From a virus: a DNA stretch of 64,000 bases. Below, piece by piece: positions 1 to 9,202 of the stretch; the first letter of the stretch is position 1, and each line of letters starts with the position of its first letter. Under the pieces are notes generated by a model. It saw nothing but the letters and a program-made list of their open reading frames with translations. It had not been told where the DNA came from and made no database searches. A program made the translations under genes and the position numbers. Location of the stretch: the IMG/VR virus record IMGVR_UViG_3300043444_000523, positions 1 through 64,000 of that record. One strand, written 5' to 3'.

Positions 1-165
1 GCGACCTACGCTGCGGCCGACGCTGCGACCTACGCTGCGACCCGCGATGCGACCCGCGCTGCGACCTACGCTGCGACCGACGCTGCGACCCGCGCTGCGA
101 CCCGCGCTGCGACCTACGCTGCGACCCGCGATGCGACCGACGCTGCGACCCGCGCTGCGACCGAC
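1..165 (+). repeat. 12-bp coding tandem repeat GCGACC(TAC/CGC/GAC)G(C/A)T, about 14 units
   Basis: Read directly from the sequence. Confidence 0.95.
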
Positions 166-852
166 GTGTTTATTGATCTGTCCAAGGAAATTCTTGGAGA
201 CAACTGGATTCTAGGAATCAAAGAGTCATCAAAATGGGGCACTTACTACCAAGGTGGAAATATGTGGGCTGGATATGAGTGCTACATGACCGCTTGCAGA
301 GATATTATTGGATTGAAACTTGATCAACATGAGAAGTATAAGTATTGGGAATCTGCTTCAATTGAAGGCGGATTCAGGTTCATGCACGAAGAATTTTGCA
401 TGGTGTGTGACTTCCCAGAAGTTCTCAAGGTTGAAAACAATCTCCCTCATTGCACGGATGGTCCATCCCATAAATGGAGAGATGGGTGGTCTTTATGGCA
501 TATTGAAGGGGTCGCTGTCGATGAGCAGATAGTGATGAGGCCGGAGACACAAACTATCAAACAAATAGCTTCTGAGTCAAACGCCGATGTCAAAGCAATC
601 AGGATTCAGAGATACGGATGGACAAGGTATCTTGAAGCCATTGGAGCAAAGTGCTTGCATCGAAGGAGGAACCAGATAGAAGGAACACTAGAAGCGTTGT
701 TTGATGCCGGTGAGTTTGGGAAACGTCTTGTTGCCACATGCCCGACCGGAAGAGTGTTTTCGATGGGAGTACCATCGGAAATAAAAGATTGTGAGCAGGC
801 CCAAAACTGGCTTGCTGGTGAACGACCGTTCCGTGTTTTGTCAAGAACCTAA
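1..852 (+). CDS. DUF6745-like phage protein with N-terminal tetrapeptide (AT[Y/R/D][A/D]) repeats; 5'-truncated by window edge
   Basis: Frame 1 is open from base 1 through the repeat into ORF 166..852. C-terminal motifs HCTDGP..W.DGW.LWH..GV and N..V...I..YGW.RYL, CP.TGR.F..GVP are typical of DUF6745. Confidence 0.7.
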   Translation, partial: ATYAAADAATYAATRDATRAATYAATDAATRAATRAATYAATRDATDAATRAATDVFIDLSKEILGDNWILGIKESSKWGTYYQGGNMWAGYECYMTACRDIIGLKLDQHEKYKYWESASIEGGFRFMHEEFCMVCDFPEVLKVENNLPHCTDGPSHKWRDGWSLWHIEGVAVDEQIVMRPETQTIKQIASESNADVKAIRIQRYGWTRYLEAIGAKCLHRRRNQIEGTLEALFDAGEFGKRLVATCPTGRVFSMGVPSEIKDCEQAQNWLAGERPFRVLSRT

Positions 853-864
853 AAAGGAGAAGCA

Positions 865-1317
865 ATGAGCGTAGCAATCATCATTCGAGAAATCGAATCG
901 CACGCAAAAGTGTTGGCTGAAAAAGTCAGCCCAGGAATGCCAGCGGTTATCAACGAGGCCGCAAGCATCGGCGATGGCGTATGGCAAGGCGACCTTGGCC
1001 TTGAGGTCGTTGGCAGAATTCCTGATGGCTATGTAATGGTCAAGAAGCCATCAACAAAGGACAAGCAACTTGTGCCGGGAAACACACAAGGGAGCAAGCA
1101 TGTCATCAAGGATGTTTCCACGGTTGAATTGTGGCTCCCCAAGACATGGCCTCAAATTGACGGTCTTTGGGGGCCATGCTTTGTGGCAATCAAAGAAACA
1201 GTGATCGAGCATCCGACTCACGGACCAGTAACTATTGCCACTGGCCATACTATCCTTTGCCGATACCAGCGTGAGTGGGATCAAGATCAGAAAAAATCAC
1301 GTCGGAATGCAGACTAA
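865..1317 (+). CDS. Conserved phage hypothetical protein, usual partner of DUF6745 genes
   Basis: AAAGGA RBS; WQGDL, HPTHG and YQREW motifs. Confidence 0.6.
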   Translation: MSVAIIIREIESHAKVLAEKVSPGMPAVINEAASIGDGVWQGDLGLEVVGRIPDGYVMVKKPSTKDKQLVPGNTQGSKHVIKDVSTVELWLPKTWPQIDGLWGPCFVAIKETVIEHPTHGPVTIATGHTILCRYQREWDQDQKKSRRNAD

Positions 1318-1335
1318 CCAACAACCGGAGAGCCA

Positions 1336-1974
1336 ATGAAGATCATCGAATGCGCCCAGCTCAGCCCTGAATGGTGGGAGGCCAGAAAAGGCATCCCAAC
1401 GGCGTCTAATTTCGACAGGATCATGACGCCAAAGAAAATGGTCCTGTCTTCACAGTGCGAGCCGTACATCGCCGAATTGATCGCCGAACAGATATGTCTT
1501 AATCCGAACTACTTCACCGAGCAAGGGAGGCCGATTACTCAGGCAATGACAGATGGCGTTGACAACGAGCCTGAAGCAAGACGGTTCTACGAGATTGAGA
1601 GAGATGTTACAGTCCAGCAAGTTGGCTTCGTCACAACAGACGACTCAAGGTTCGGCTGCTCGCCGGACGGGCTTGTTGGAGAAGACGGCGGGCTTGAGTT
1701 GAAATGCCCGATGTTGAAAACCCAGGTCATGTATGTTCTAAATGGACAAGTGCCAGACGAGTATCTTGCTCAAGTTCACGGGAGCCTGATTGTCACTGGC
1801 AGAAAGTGGTGGGACTTCCTGAGTTATTGCCCAGGCGCTCCTCCATTGTTGATCCGTGTCACACCGAATGCGTTTACTGAAAAACTGCGAGCGTGCCTTG
1901 AGCAGTTTTGGACCCTGTACCAAGAGTCATTGGCCAAGTTCATCAAGGGCGTAAGCGTCCAAGTCCAGAAATAG
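1336..1974 (+). CDS. YqaJ/lambda-exonuclease family recombination nuclease
   Basis: Q.SPEWWEARKGIPTAS, E.EAR..YE, GCSPDGLV, LELKCP, Y.AQV.G motifs. Confidence 0.93.
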   Translation: MKIIECAQLSPEWWEARKGIPTASNFDRIMTPKKMVLSSQCEPYIAELIAEQICLNPNYFTEQGRPITQAMTDGVDNEPEARRFYEIERDVTVQQVGFVTTDDSRFGCSPDGLVGEDGGLELKCPMLKTQVMYVLNGQVPDEYLAQVHGSLIVTGRKWWDFLSYCPGAPPLLIRVTPNAFTEKLRACLEQFWTLYQESLAKFIKGVSVQVQK

Positions 1975-1992
1975 GCGCGAATCGCGCCTATT
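1970..1992. promoter_or_regulatory. 23-bp palindromic site, copy 1 (AATAGGCGCGA-A-TCGCGCCTATT)
   Basis: Perfect inverted repeat overlapping the exonuclease stop; one of 12 copies. Confidence 0.8.
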
Positions 1993-2254
1993 ATTCACAA
2001 CCCCCAAGGAGTCCCGAAATGCCCCGGCTGACTTTTGAAGAAGAGATCGCTATCATTGCGAAACTGGAGTCTTCGTCAAAGCCATTCCAAATGGGATCAA
2101 GGTTCACTTGCCCAGTCTGCAAAATGCTGTGTCCTGACAACGAATTCTTCGCATATCGGCGGCATGAGGATTGCTCATATCTGATTAAACTGCCAATGAT
2201 GAGCCGTCAACCAAGGGCGGCAATCCCAATTCGTGTTTCTTCGGAATTTCCTGG

Positions 2255-2283
2255 TTGACAATCATCCTGAAACAGATTAAACT
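2255..2283 (+). promoter_or_regulatory. Sigma70-type promoter TTGACA-17-TAAACT upstream of the ParB-like gene
   Basis: Consensus -35 at 2255-2260, 17-nt spacer, -10 at 2278-2283. Confidence 0.75.
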
Positions 2284-2287
2284 CGAC

Positions 2288-2376
2288 TTTCTCCTGCCCG
2301 GAGCAACCAAACAACTTGGCACTGCCGCCCCGATGGCTCTTTCGCCGGGCAGGGGAAATTTCCAAAGGGGCGGCGG
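2288..2376 (+). ncRNA. Putative pseudoknotted 5' leader RNA
   Basis: 2288-2301 pairs with 2345-2358 (14 bp, one G.U) and 2322-2331 pairs with 2367-2376 (10 bp, one G.U); the stems interleave. Confidence 0.5.
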
Positions 2377-2395
2377 CTTTCATGGAACCAGACAC

Positions 2396-3322
2396 ATGCC
2401 AACAGAGGCCCACGAGTATGCCGAAATTTTCCCACTTCACGAAGGACAGACGCTTTTCGAGCTTTCCGAAGACATCAAGAAGAACGGCCAGCGAGAGCCG
2501 ATTGTTCTCCTCGATGGGAAAGTGCTTGACGGTCGGCGAAGAGAGAAAGCCTGCGAGAACGCCGGGGTAACTCCCAAGTACAGGAAATTCGGAAGCATCC
2601 CATCTGATGGTTCTGACCCGCTTGACTTTGTGTGGTCAAAAAACTTTCACCGGCGTCATTTGACAGCCAACGAAAGGGCTTTCGCTGCCGCACTGTATTC
2701 GACGGCAGAAGCCGGTAGGCCAAAATCGGCGCAACTCGCGCCTATTTCCGAACCCGTGACCCGCGAAGAAGCCGCAGATAAATTCGGCGTGTCCGTCGAT
2801 GCTGTCAAGCGGGCCAGGGCAATTGTATCAGGCGGATCAAAGGCCCTTGTTGACGCAGTGAAGAAAGAAGAGGTCAGTATCAGCGATGCGGCCTCTGTCG
2901 TGAGTTTGCCAAAGAAAGAGCAAACAGCGGCGGTCAAGGCTGTTCTGGCCGGAGACGCTGGAACCGTCAGAGAGGCCGCAAAAACACTATCAGAAGAAAC
3001 AAACGAAGCAGCGATTGAAGAAGAGTCAGAGGCCAGAGAAGAGACAATCGCTGACCAGATAAAGCGAGTGAATTCCAGCATCGAGACGTTCTGCCGTGAT
3101 CTGATGAAATTCTTCAACGAGAACTGCCCAGACGACCCGTGGATTAGCGAAGAGGGAACGCTGGAAGGCGCACGCAAGAAAGTCCAGAACGCTTGCTCGG
3201 CACTGAGGACTGCCAAGTGTGAGGCCGAGTGCAGCAAGTGCGGCGGAGGCGGATGCCAGAAGTGCTACAGAACAGGAAGAATGCCGAAGTTCGTTCTTGA
3301 GCAAATGGGGCTAACTAAATAG
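2396..3322 (+). CDS. ParB/Spo0J/KorB-like protein (ParB N-terminal domain + HTH + C-terminal CxxC zinc-finger-like tail)
   Basis: LSEDIKKNGQREPIVL..GKVLDGRRR.KAC, N.HRRHLT..ERA, HTH TREEAADKFGVSVDAVKRA. ATG at 2396 preferred because the TTG at 2255 is the -35 box. Confidence 0.85.
   Translation: MPTEAHEYAEIFPLHEGQTLFELSEDIKKNGQREPIVLLDGKVLDGRRREKACENAGVTPKYRKFGSIPSDGSDPLDFVWSKNFHRRHLTANERAFAAALYSTAEAGRPKSAQLAPISEPVTREEAADKFGVSVDAVKRARAIVSGGSKALVDAVKKEEVSISDAASVVSLPKKEQTAAVKAVLAGDAGTVREAAKTLSEETNEAAIEEESEAREETIADQIKRVNSSIETFCRDLMKFFNENCPDDPWISEEGTLEGARKKVQNACSALRTAKCEAECSKCGGGGCQKCYRTGRMPKFVLEQMGLTK
2724..2746. promoter_or_regulatory. 23-bp palindromic site, copy 2, inside the ParB-like gene (encodes SAQLAPI)
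   Basis: AATCGGCGCAACTCGCGCCTATT. Confidence 0.75.
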
Positions 3323-3331
3323 GAGAGTCCC

Positions 3332-5572
3332 ATGTCAGAAGCAACACTGTTTGAAGAGCCAGTGAAAAGCCGAGCGTTGATAGTTCCAAGGGACTACCAG
3401 ACAGAGGCTCATGATAATGCGCTCAGGCTGATGGACGACGGGGTTCCTGGTGTGCTGCTCAGGATGGCCACTGGGTCAGGGAAGACCCTTACTGCCTCTC
3501 TTATTATCGACTCCTGGCTGCGTCGAGGAGATGATTATCGGGCGATGGTGATCAGCTATGAGACGCAGCTTGTGTGGCAGTTTGCCAAGGAAATCGAGGC
3601 CTTCATTGGCATTCAGCCTGGAATCGAGATGGAGAAGAACCGTGCTGATTCATCAAACAAGGTTGTTGTTGCATCTCGACAGTCTCTGCTCCAGCATCCG
3701 CCACCTACGCAAGAACAGATTGACGAACTAAAGGCACTTGGGATCGCCGAAGTCAGATGCATAACCAAGAAGATGGCCGAATCGTACATCAAGTACCTTC
3801 GCAAAGGGATCAGCGTCGATGAAGTCTTGGCAGACATCGAAACCAAGAGCCAGCAACCAGAGGCGGCAAACGGTAAGTGGAGTCGTGTTCATAAGTTTGA
3901 TTGGCGGCTCAACTGGCTGTTGTGCTTTGACGAAGCACATCGACATTCTCATAATCTTCTAAGCGTCGGGCACATCGTCGATTGGTTTGAACAGAATCCC
4001 AAAACGGCTCGTGCAGGCCTTACAGCAACTCCTAAACGCAGCGATGGCGTGTCTATCGGGAGCAAGATGTTCCCTGGGATCGCCATTGATTATCCTCTGT
4101 TCAGCCGCGAAGGCCGATGTGCATTGAAAGACGGTTATGCGGTCCCTTACTTGCAAAGATACATCGAGGTCGAAGGGGTTGATTTCAAGCAGATCAAGAG
4201 AATCACTGAGGGGGGAGACTTTGACGAGGCCGAATTAGCCCGCGTCCTTGGAGAAGACAAGCAATTAGCTGGACTCGTTGACCCGATGCTAGACATGGTT
4301 GGTGATCGGCCAACACTGATATTCAGCCCTACTGTGGAAATGGCCAAGAAGGTGGCCAGATATATCAATGCCCGATGCGAGGCCAAGTGCGAATGCGGGA
4401 TGACTCGGTGGTATCCACGTCAACTCGTTGGTGATGGCGCAACATGCGAATGCGGTCGATTCATAACACAAGAAAACGTCACCAAAGACAAAGAGCAGGC
4501 TGTTGAGCTTGATGGCGAAGTCCCGCATCACATCCGAGACGAGTATTATCGGAAGTTTGAAGAGAAGCATTTTCAGATGCTGTCTTTATGCGGTCTAGGG
4601 CGAGAAGGGTTTGACGCTCCTTCGATTGCTTGCGTTGCAGTGTTTCGGCCAGTGACAAAGAAGGCATCATCTCTTGCGGAACAAATGAAAGGAAGAGGAT
4701 GCAGGCCGCTTAGAGACATTGCCAAGATTCTGCACACGCTTCCGACTGCCGAAGATCGGCGACGGATGATCGCAGAAAGCAATAAGAAGGACTGCCTCGT
4801 AATAGACTTGGTTGGCATTACTGGCCTAGCCGACTGCGCCTCAACTGCTGAGATTTATGCCGAAGGTCTTCCAGACGAAGTAATCAAGAGAGCAGAAGAG
4901 ATTCTGGCTGACAAGGGGAAAGACGAAGAAATTGATGTGCAAGAGGTTCTTGAACAAGCCGAGAAAGAAGACAGAGAGGCCAAGGAGCGGATCAGGAAAG
5001 AGCGAGAAGCGGCTGAGCGTCTTGCCAAGGAAGAATTCGAGAAAAGAGCCAAAGCAGACCCCAGGGCGCGATATACGACCCATGAACGTGGCGTTGGCAG
5101 CAATTATGACCCCAATGAAGCAAGTCCTGAACAATACAACTTTATCAAAGCGCTTGGGATGGACATTGATGATGTTCTGAGCCGACGAAAAGCCGGTCGC
5201 ATCATTAGTATGCTCAAGCAAAGGATGAGCCCAGCTGACGTTGCCTACAAGAACGGGATTTCGGCTTGGGAGGCAACTCCGCCAAGTCCCAAGCAGAAGT
5301 ATGCTTGCAAAACACTTGGGTACGAGTCTGTGTCGTCTTCTTACGAAGCCAGCCAGATATTATCTGCGGCAAGGAAGCCGCAGGAATTTCGAGACAGGAA
5401 ACTAAAAGACATTCAATCAGCCAAAAACGATGGAGACCTAACAGCGGTCGGAATCGACATGCGGCTGGTAAGGAAAGTTTGCCCACCGGAGATATGGGCG
5501 GAGATAGTGGCCGCTGGAACAGCCAAGCGAAAGCAGCTCGCGCCGATCATGGCCGAAGACATTCCCGAATAA
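3332..5572 (+). CDS. Superfamily II DEAH helicase (ResIII/Irc3-like)
   Basis: RDYQ, MATGSGKT, FDEAH, GLTATPKR, EGFDAPS, QMKGRGCR motifs. Confidence 0.92.
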   Translation: MSEATLFEEPVKSRALIVPRDYQTEAHDNALRLMDDGVPGVLLRMATGSGKTLTASLIIDSWLRRGDDYRAMVISYETQLVWQFAKEIEAFIGIQPGIEMEKNRADSSNKVVVASRQSLLQHPPPTQEQIDELKALGIAEVRCITKKMAESYIKYLRKGISVDEVLADIETKSQQPEAANGKWSRVHKFDWRLNWLLCFDEAHRHSHNLLSVGHIVDWFEQNPKTARAGLTATPKRSDGVSIGSKMFPGIAIDYPLFSREGRCALKDGYAVPYLQRYIEVEGVDFKQIKRITEGGDFDEAELARVLGEDKQLAGLVDPMLDMVGDRPTLIFSPTVEMAKKVARYINARCEAKCECGMTRWYPRQLVGDGATCECGRFITQENVTKDKEQAVELDGEVPHHIRDEYYRKFEEKHFQMLSLCGLGREGFDAPSIACVAVFRPVTKKASSLAEQMKGRGCRPLRDIAKILHTLPTAEDRRRMIAESNKKDCLVIDLVGITGLADCASTAEIYAEGLPDEVIKRAEEILADKGKDEEIDVQEVLEQAEKEDREAKERIRKEREAAERLAKEEFEKRAKADPRARYTTHERGVGSNYDPNEASPEQYNFIKALGMDIDDVLSRRKAGRIISMLKQRMSPADVAYKNGISAWEATPPSPKQKYACKTLGYESVSSSYEASQILSAARKPQEFRDRKLKDIQSAKNDGDLTAVGIDMRLVRKVCPPEIWAEIVAAGTAKRKQLAPIMAEDIPE

Positions 5573-5593
5573 TAGGCGCGACTCGCGCCTATT
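5571..5593. promoter_or_regulatory. 23-bp palindromic site, copy 3
   Basis: AATAGGCGCGACTCGCGCCTATT at the helicase stop. Confidence 0.8.
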
Positions 5594-5605
5594 TTGGAGA
5601 CGCCA

Positions 5606-5803
5606 ATGCCAAGAAGCAAAGATGATTTCGTCAAAGCATGGAAATACCACCTTACCGGACTTTCGCTGTTCGGATATGTCAGCGAATCCAAGGACGGCCA
5701 AATGGAGCGGCTGAAGAGGGTCCATGAGATTCCTTCCGAGTCGGAAAGAATACTGGCCAATATGTACGATTGGATCATGGGTAGCAAAAATGGCAAAGAA
5801 TAA
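5606..5803 (+). CDS. Hypothetical protein
   Basis: GGAG RBS, co-directional ORF. Confidence 0.55.
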   Translation: MPRSKDDFVKAWKYHLTGLSLFGYVSESKDGQMERLKRVHEIPSESERILANMYDWIMGSKNGKE

Positions 5804-5868
5804 CTTGCCGGATTTGTGAATTGCAAATACAATACGCTCTGTCAATAGATTATACGAGAATTCGGCAC

Positions 5869-6129
5869 ATGAACGCCACAAATTGCGACAAATGCGGATA
5901 CAGACCACGGAACACAGCTAACTTGATCCGGTGCGGGTTCGCCAGTTACTGCGCCGAGTGTAACAAGGTATGGCGAGCGCAGCGTAAGGCTGGCGGAAAA
6001 AAGGGCGCACGTGTTCGTGTCGAACGTGAAACTGAAACGATGGCCGAACTGGACGCGATGATTGCGGAACAACGGAAGCGCCTGCCGAAGTGGTGGTCGA
6101 ACTGTCGGGCGTTCGTGAAGGGCGACTGA
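5869..6129 (+). CDS. Hypothetical zinc-finger protein
   Basis: CDKC...CAEC pairs. Confidence 0.45.
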   Translation: MNATNCDKCGYRPRNTANLIRCGFASYCAECNKVWRAQRKAGGKKGARVRVERETETMAELDAMIAEQRKRLPKWWSNCRAFVKGD

Positions 6130-6141
6130 CCAGAAAGGGGA

Positions 6142-6651
6142 ATGACATACATGTTGACGTTCAAGCAAATTGGCAACAGTGTCAAAGTTTATGACGATGG
6201 ACATTTCGTTGGCACGGTTGAGGACGATGGTCTTTTTATTACAGTCCTCCGCCAGATCGCGGACGAAATCGACCGACTAGCATGGGCGCGGGAGCGCGAG
6301 GAACTGGTCAAGATCGGCGATGGGGCGGTGAGGTGCTTCAGGTCCGAGGCAGACGGCCGTTGGGTTGTTGCAGCCGACCATGACGGACCAGATGGCGTGT
6401 ACTTCACAAGTAAAATTCTCGACAAATCCAAAGTGCCGCTGTGTGAACTAACTAAGGATCACTCGTCTCTGACGCTATCAAACCTACTAGCCTATTGCCC
6501 CGTTCACGCTCGCAAACCAGTAGCCGACTTCATCCGTGCGACCCGCAAACGCATCGACGCGGCCAAGTGCGACCAGTCACCAGTTGACACCAATCCATCA
6601 CACAAGACGATCATGCTTGACGGCGTGACGTACAACCTTGTGCCAGTGTAA
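6142..6651 (+). CDS. Hypothetical protein
   Basis: AAAGGGG RBS, operon-like packing. Confidence 0.6.
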   Translation: MTYMLTFKQIGNSVKVYDDGHFVGTVEDDGLFITVLRQIADEIDRLAWAREREELVKIGDGAVRCFRSEADGRWVVAADHDGPDGVYFTSKILDKSKVPLCELTKDHSSLTLSNLLAYCPVHARKPVADFIRATRKRIDAAKCDQSPVDTNPSHKTIMLDGVTYNLVPV

Positions 6652-6664
6652 CCGGAGTCCGATC

Positions 6665-6994
6665 ATGGCGAAGAAACTGACCAAGCGGCAGGCATGGCTG
6701 TGGCTGGCGGAAAAGTGGGCGAAGCCGCAAAAGAATTTTCGCAACGAGATGGTTGTGTACATCGGCATGGTGGTGAAAAATCTTCACGAATCGGTCATCG
6801 GTATGTTTCTGGACGGCATGATCAGCAAGCGAACCTATGCCAGTATGATTTCGGCTATCGCAAAAATACGGCACAAAAAAGTCCCTTATTGGCCGCGTGA
6901 CGATGCTGGCGCACGCGAGCGGGCCGCATTCTGTCGGCGGCAGGCGAAACTGTTGACCCGTAAGCCCAGCAAACGAAAGGCGGTGTGCAAGTGA
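6665..6994 (+). CDS. Hypothetical basic protein
   Basis: GGAG RBS; GTGA overlap with the next gene. Confidence 0.6.
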   Translation: MAKKLTKRQAWLWLAEKWAKPQKNFRNEMVVYIGMVVKNLHESVIGMFLDGMISKRTYASMISAIAKIRHKKVPYWPRDDAGARERAAFCRRQAKLLTRKPSKRKAVCK

Positions 6995-7305
6995 CCGACG
7001 AACTGCGAGCGGCGATCCTGGCTTGGTGCGACTGGTTCGCTGACGAAAGCCGGTGGTGCAAGGATGAGTACTCCAAGTACGATGGGAAAGGAAAGGAGCC
7101 TACTAGTCGCTGTGCTGAAGGGGCGACGTTTTTGGGCAGAGAATTTGGCATTGGCATGTCCATGCAAGTCAGAGACTTCCTCTCGCAGCATCGCCCTGAA
7201 GGCTTCATTAGCATCGTCGCCTTCAATGACGCCCCCGACACCACATGGCCCGTATTCAAGCAGTGGGTTGACAGCATCCGAGCGGCTGCGATGGCCGCGA
7301 ACTGA
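6991..7305 (+). CDS. Hypothetical protein, probable paralogue of 13863..14195 (DUF6197-like)
   Basis: Shared MTD..RAAI...FAD.SRW N-terminus and ND motif. Confidence 0.55.
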   Translation: MTDELRAAILAWCDWFADESRWCKDEYSKYDGKGKEPTSRCAEGATFLGREFGIGMSMQVRDFLSQHRPEGFISIVAFNDAPDTTWPVFKQWVDSIRAAAMAAN

Positions 7306-7319
7306 AAGGCAGGCTGACG

Positions 7320-7550
7320 ATGGCAGATGTACGGTACACGACTGGTCTTGAGCAACCGGCCCGCGTCCATACTGGCGGACTTGCGAGCGAGATGACCGTG
7401 CGGCAGTTTGCGGTGATCGAGATGGCGAAGGCATTGGTATCTCGCAATGTGCCTTGGGATGGCCAAGCGTTGGCGCTCCTGGCAATCCAGTACGCCGACG
7501 ACATTCTTGCCGCTGAGCGCGACAGTCGGCAAACGAAAGGCGATTCGTGA
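7320..7550 (+). CDS. Hypothetical protein
   Basis: Small co-directional ORF with stop/start overlap. Confidence 0.5.
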   Translation: MADVRYTTGLEQPARVHTGGLASEMTVRQFAVIEMAKALVSRNVPWDGQALALLAIQYADDILAAERDSRQTKGDS

Positions 7551-7831
7551 TGGCACGCAAACGGACAGCAAAGAAAACGATCCGCCTTGGTTGCTACGAG
7601 TGCAACCAGGAAGCGTATGACGGCATCACTGCCGACGAGCTTCGCAAGTTGAGGAGCAAGGCAGGCGGCTGGAAGGAAGTTGTCCGTGTGCAGACCTACG
7701 CACAGTCGATCAAGACTTACGATGACCCGAAAGATGCGCCGTCGGGATACAGTGTTTTAGATTGGGAAACGCATAAGGGCGTGTGCCAGGACTGCGTGAA
7801 AGAACGCGAAACGAAAGGCAACCCGCAATGA
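7547..7831 (+). CDS. Hypothetical CxxC protein
   Basis: CYEC...CQDC; ATGA overlap. Confidence 0.55.
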   Translation: MMARKRTAKKTIRLGCYECNQEAYDGITADELRKLRSKAGGWKEVVRVQTYAQSIKTYDDPKDAPSGYSVLDWETHKGVCQDCVKERETKGNPQ

Positions 7832-8220
7832 CCACCGACGAACTCATCAACAGCCTACCGCTCGCCGTCCGCAATGCCGCATACGAGGACGCGGCAGTCG
7901 GAGCCGAGACATGGAACACGTGCGAGCATGGAAGGTGCGACTCCCTATTCGGCTACTTTCACTATGGCAAACAGCCGCTGCAATTCAGTCCGGCGTTGCC
8001 ATTCACCGACGACCCCACATTCGGTTGACCGGCAGTGAAGTTTGCGGCCCGCGTGCCGGGCCTTACGCCAGTGAAGGCAGTGGAGCACTTGCATAAAGTC
8101 TACTGCGATTTTGAAGGCGTCGAAGAAGCCGGCTACGCGCGAGACATCGACAACGGCCTCGGCGAACAGGTCGCCAGGGCGTTCAGGAGCATGATCGCGC
8201 CAGTGCCGTCCGCCGCGTGA
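7828..8220 (+). pseudogene. Hypothetical gene interrupted by an in-frame TGA at 8026-8028
   Basis: ORFs 7828..8028 and 8035..8220 share a frame and read FG*PAVKF. Confidence 0.45.
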
Positions 8221-8230
8221 TCCGGGCAGC

Positions 8231-9130
8231 GATGGCCGCGAACGGCGTGCCGAAAACGAAGGGCAGGAAAACGTGAACGAGTTGCACATCCTCAACCTTG
8301 GCGCTGGCGTACAGTCAACCGCGCTCTACCTGATGGAGATGGAACACATATGGGGGCTGCGTTTTGACTACTCGATCTTTGCTGATACGAAGAACGAGCC
8401 GAAGAAGGTGTACCAGCATTTGAAGTGGCTCAGGTCTTTGAATGGCTCGACGATCCTGACTGGCAGTAAAGGCAGCCTGTTGTCCGACCTTCTTGTCGGC
8501 CAAAAGACGACTAAAAGGAGCGCCTCTATCCCATCGTATACCAAAGGACCGAACGACACGAAGGAAGGAATGACAAAACGGCAATGCACAAAAGAGTACA
8601 AGACTGATGTTATCTACCAAATTATTCGCAGGAACATACTAGGCTTGGGAAAAGGCCAACGGGTGCCAAAAGACGTGATAGTTCACCAGTATTTCGGCAT
8701 CTCGACCGATGAATCCAGGAGAATGTCGAAGATAATCAAACGGCTTCCAAAGTGGTCTGTTGGCCATTTTCCGTTCATTGATCACGGCTGGGGCAGACGC
8801 GGTATCCAGGAATGGCTCAAAGATCGAGTGCCGCACGATGTTCCGCGTTCAGCGTGCAAGATTTGTCCGCTCCGCAACGACCACGAGTGGGCCGAGATGA
8901 AACAAGAGGAACCGACAGAATTCAAAGAAGCGTGCGACCTGGACGACAAACTGCGTGAGCCGGGAACAGTTTGCAATCGCGGCATGGACAATCCGATGTA
9001 CCTGCACCGATCTTGCATTCCGCTCAAACTGGTGGACTTCGACAACTTGCCGCCGCAGCAGTTGGACGGGTTCACTTTGTACGATTGCTCTGGCGCATGC
9101 GGAAACTGATGGCCGCGAACGGCGTGCCGA
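8231..9130 (+). repeat. 23-bp direct repeats GATGGCCGCGAACGGCGTGCCGA at 8231-8253 and 9108-9130
   Basis: Identical copies bracket the 8273..9109 gene; a partial third copy lies at 7288-7302. Confidence 0.85.
8273..9109 (+). CDS. PAPS-reductase-like / adenine nucleotide alpha-hydrolase (PP-loop) protein
   Basis: LNLGAGVQST, IFADT..E, RQCT.EYK, GIS.DE, RSAC..CP, terminal CSGAC. Confidence 0.8.
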   Translation: MNELHILNLGAGVQSTALYLMEMEHIWGLRFDYSIFADTKNEPKKVYQHLKWLRSLNGSTILTGSKGSLLSDLLVGQKTTKRSASIPSYTKGPNDTKEGMTKRQCTKEYKTDVIYQIIRRNILGLGKGQRVPKDVIVHQYFGISTDESRRMSKIIKRLPKWSVGHFPFIDHGWGRRGIQEWLKDRVPHDVPRSACKICPLRNDHEWAEMKQEEPTEFKEACDLDDKLREPGTVCNRGMDNPMYLHRSCIPLKLVDFDNLPPQQLDGFTLYDCSGACGN

Positions 9131-9202
9131 GGTCAACGCACTGCGGGCACAGTTGGGCATCGGCGTGAAATACCGTGAATGGGATGAAGGACCGGAGGTG
9201 AC

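Noticed and set aside
2288-2376. HDV-like or theta ribozyme call
   Set aside because: The topology is similar, but G1, the L3 consensus and P1.1 are not identifiable; reported only as an unclassified pseudoknot.
7320-7550. YADD motif suggesting a reverse transcriptase
   Set aside because: The ORF is only 76 aa with no other RT motifs.
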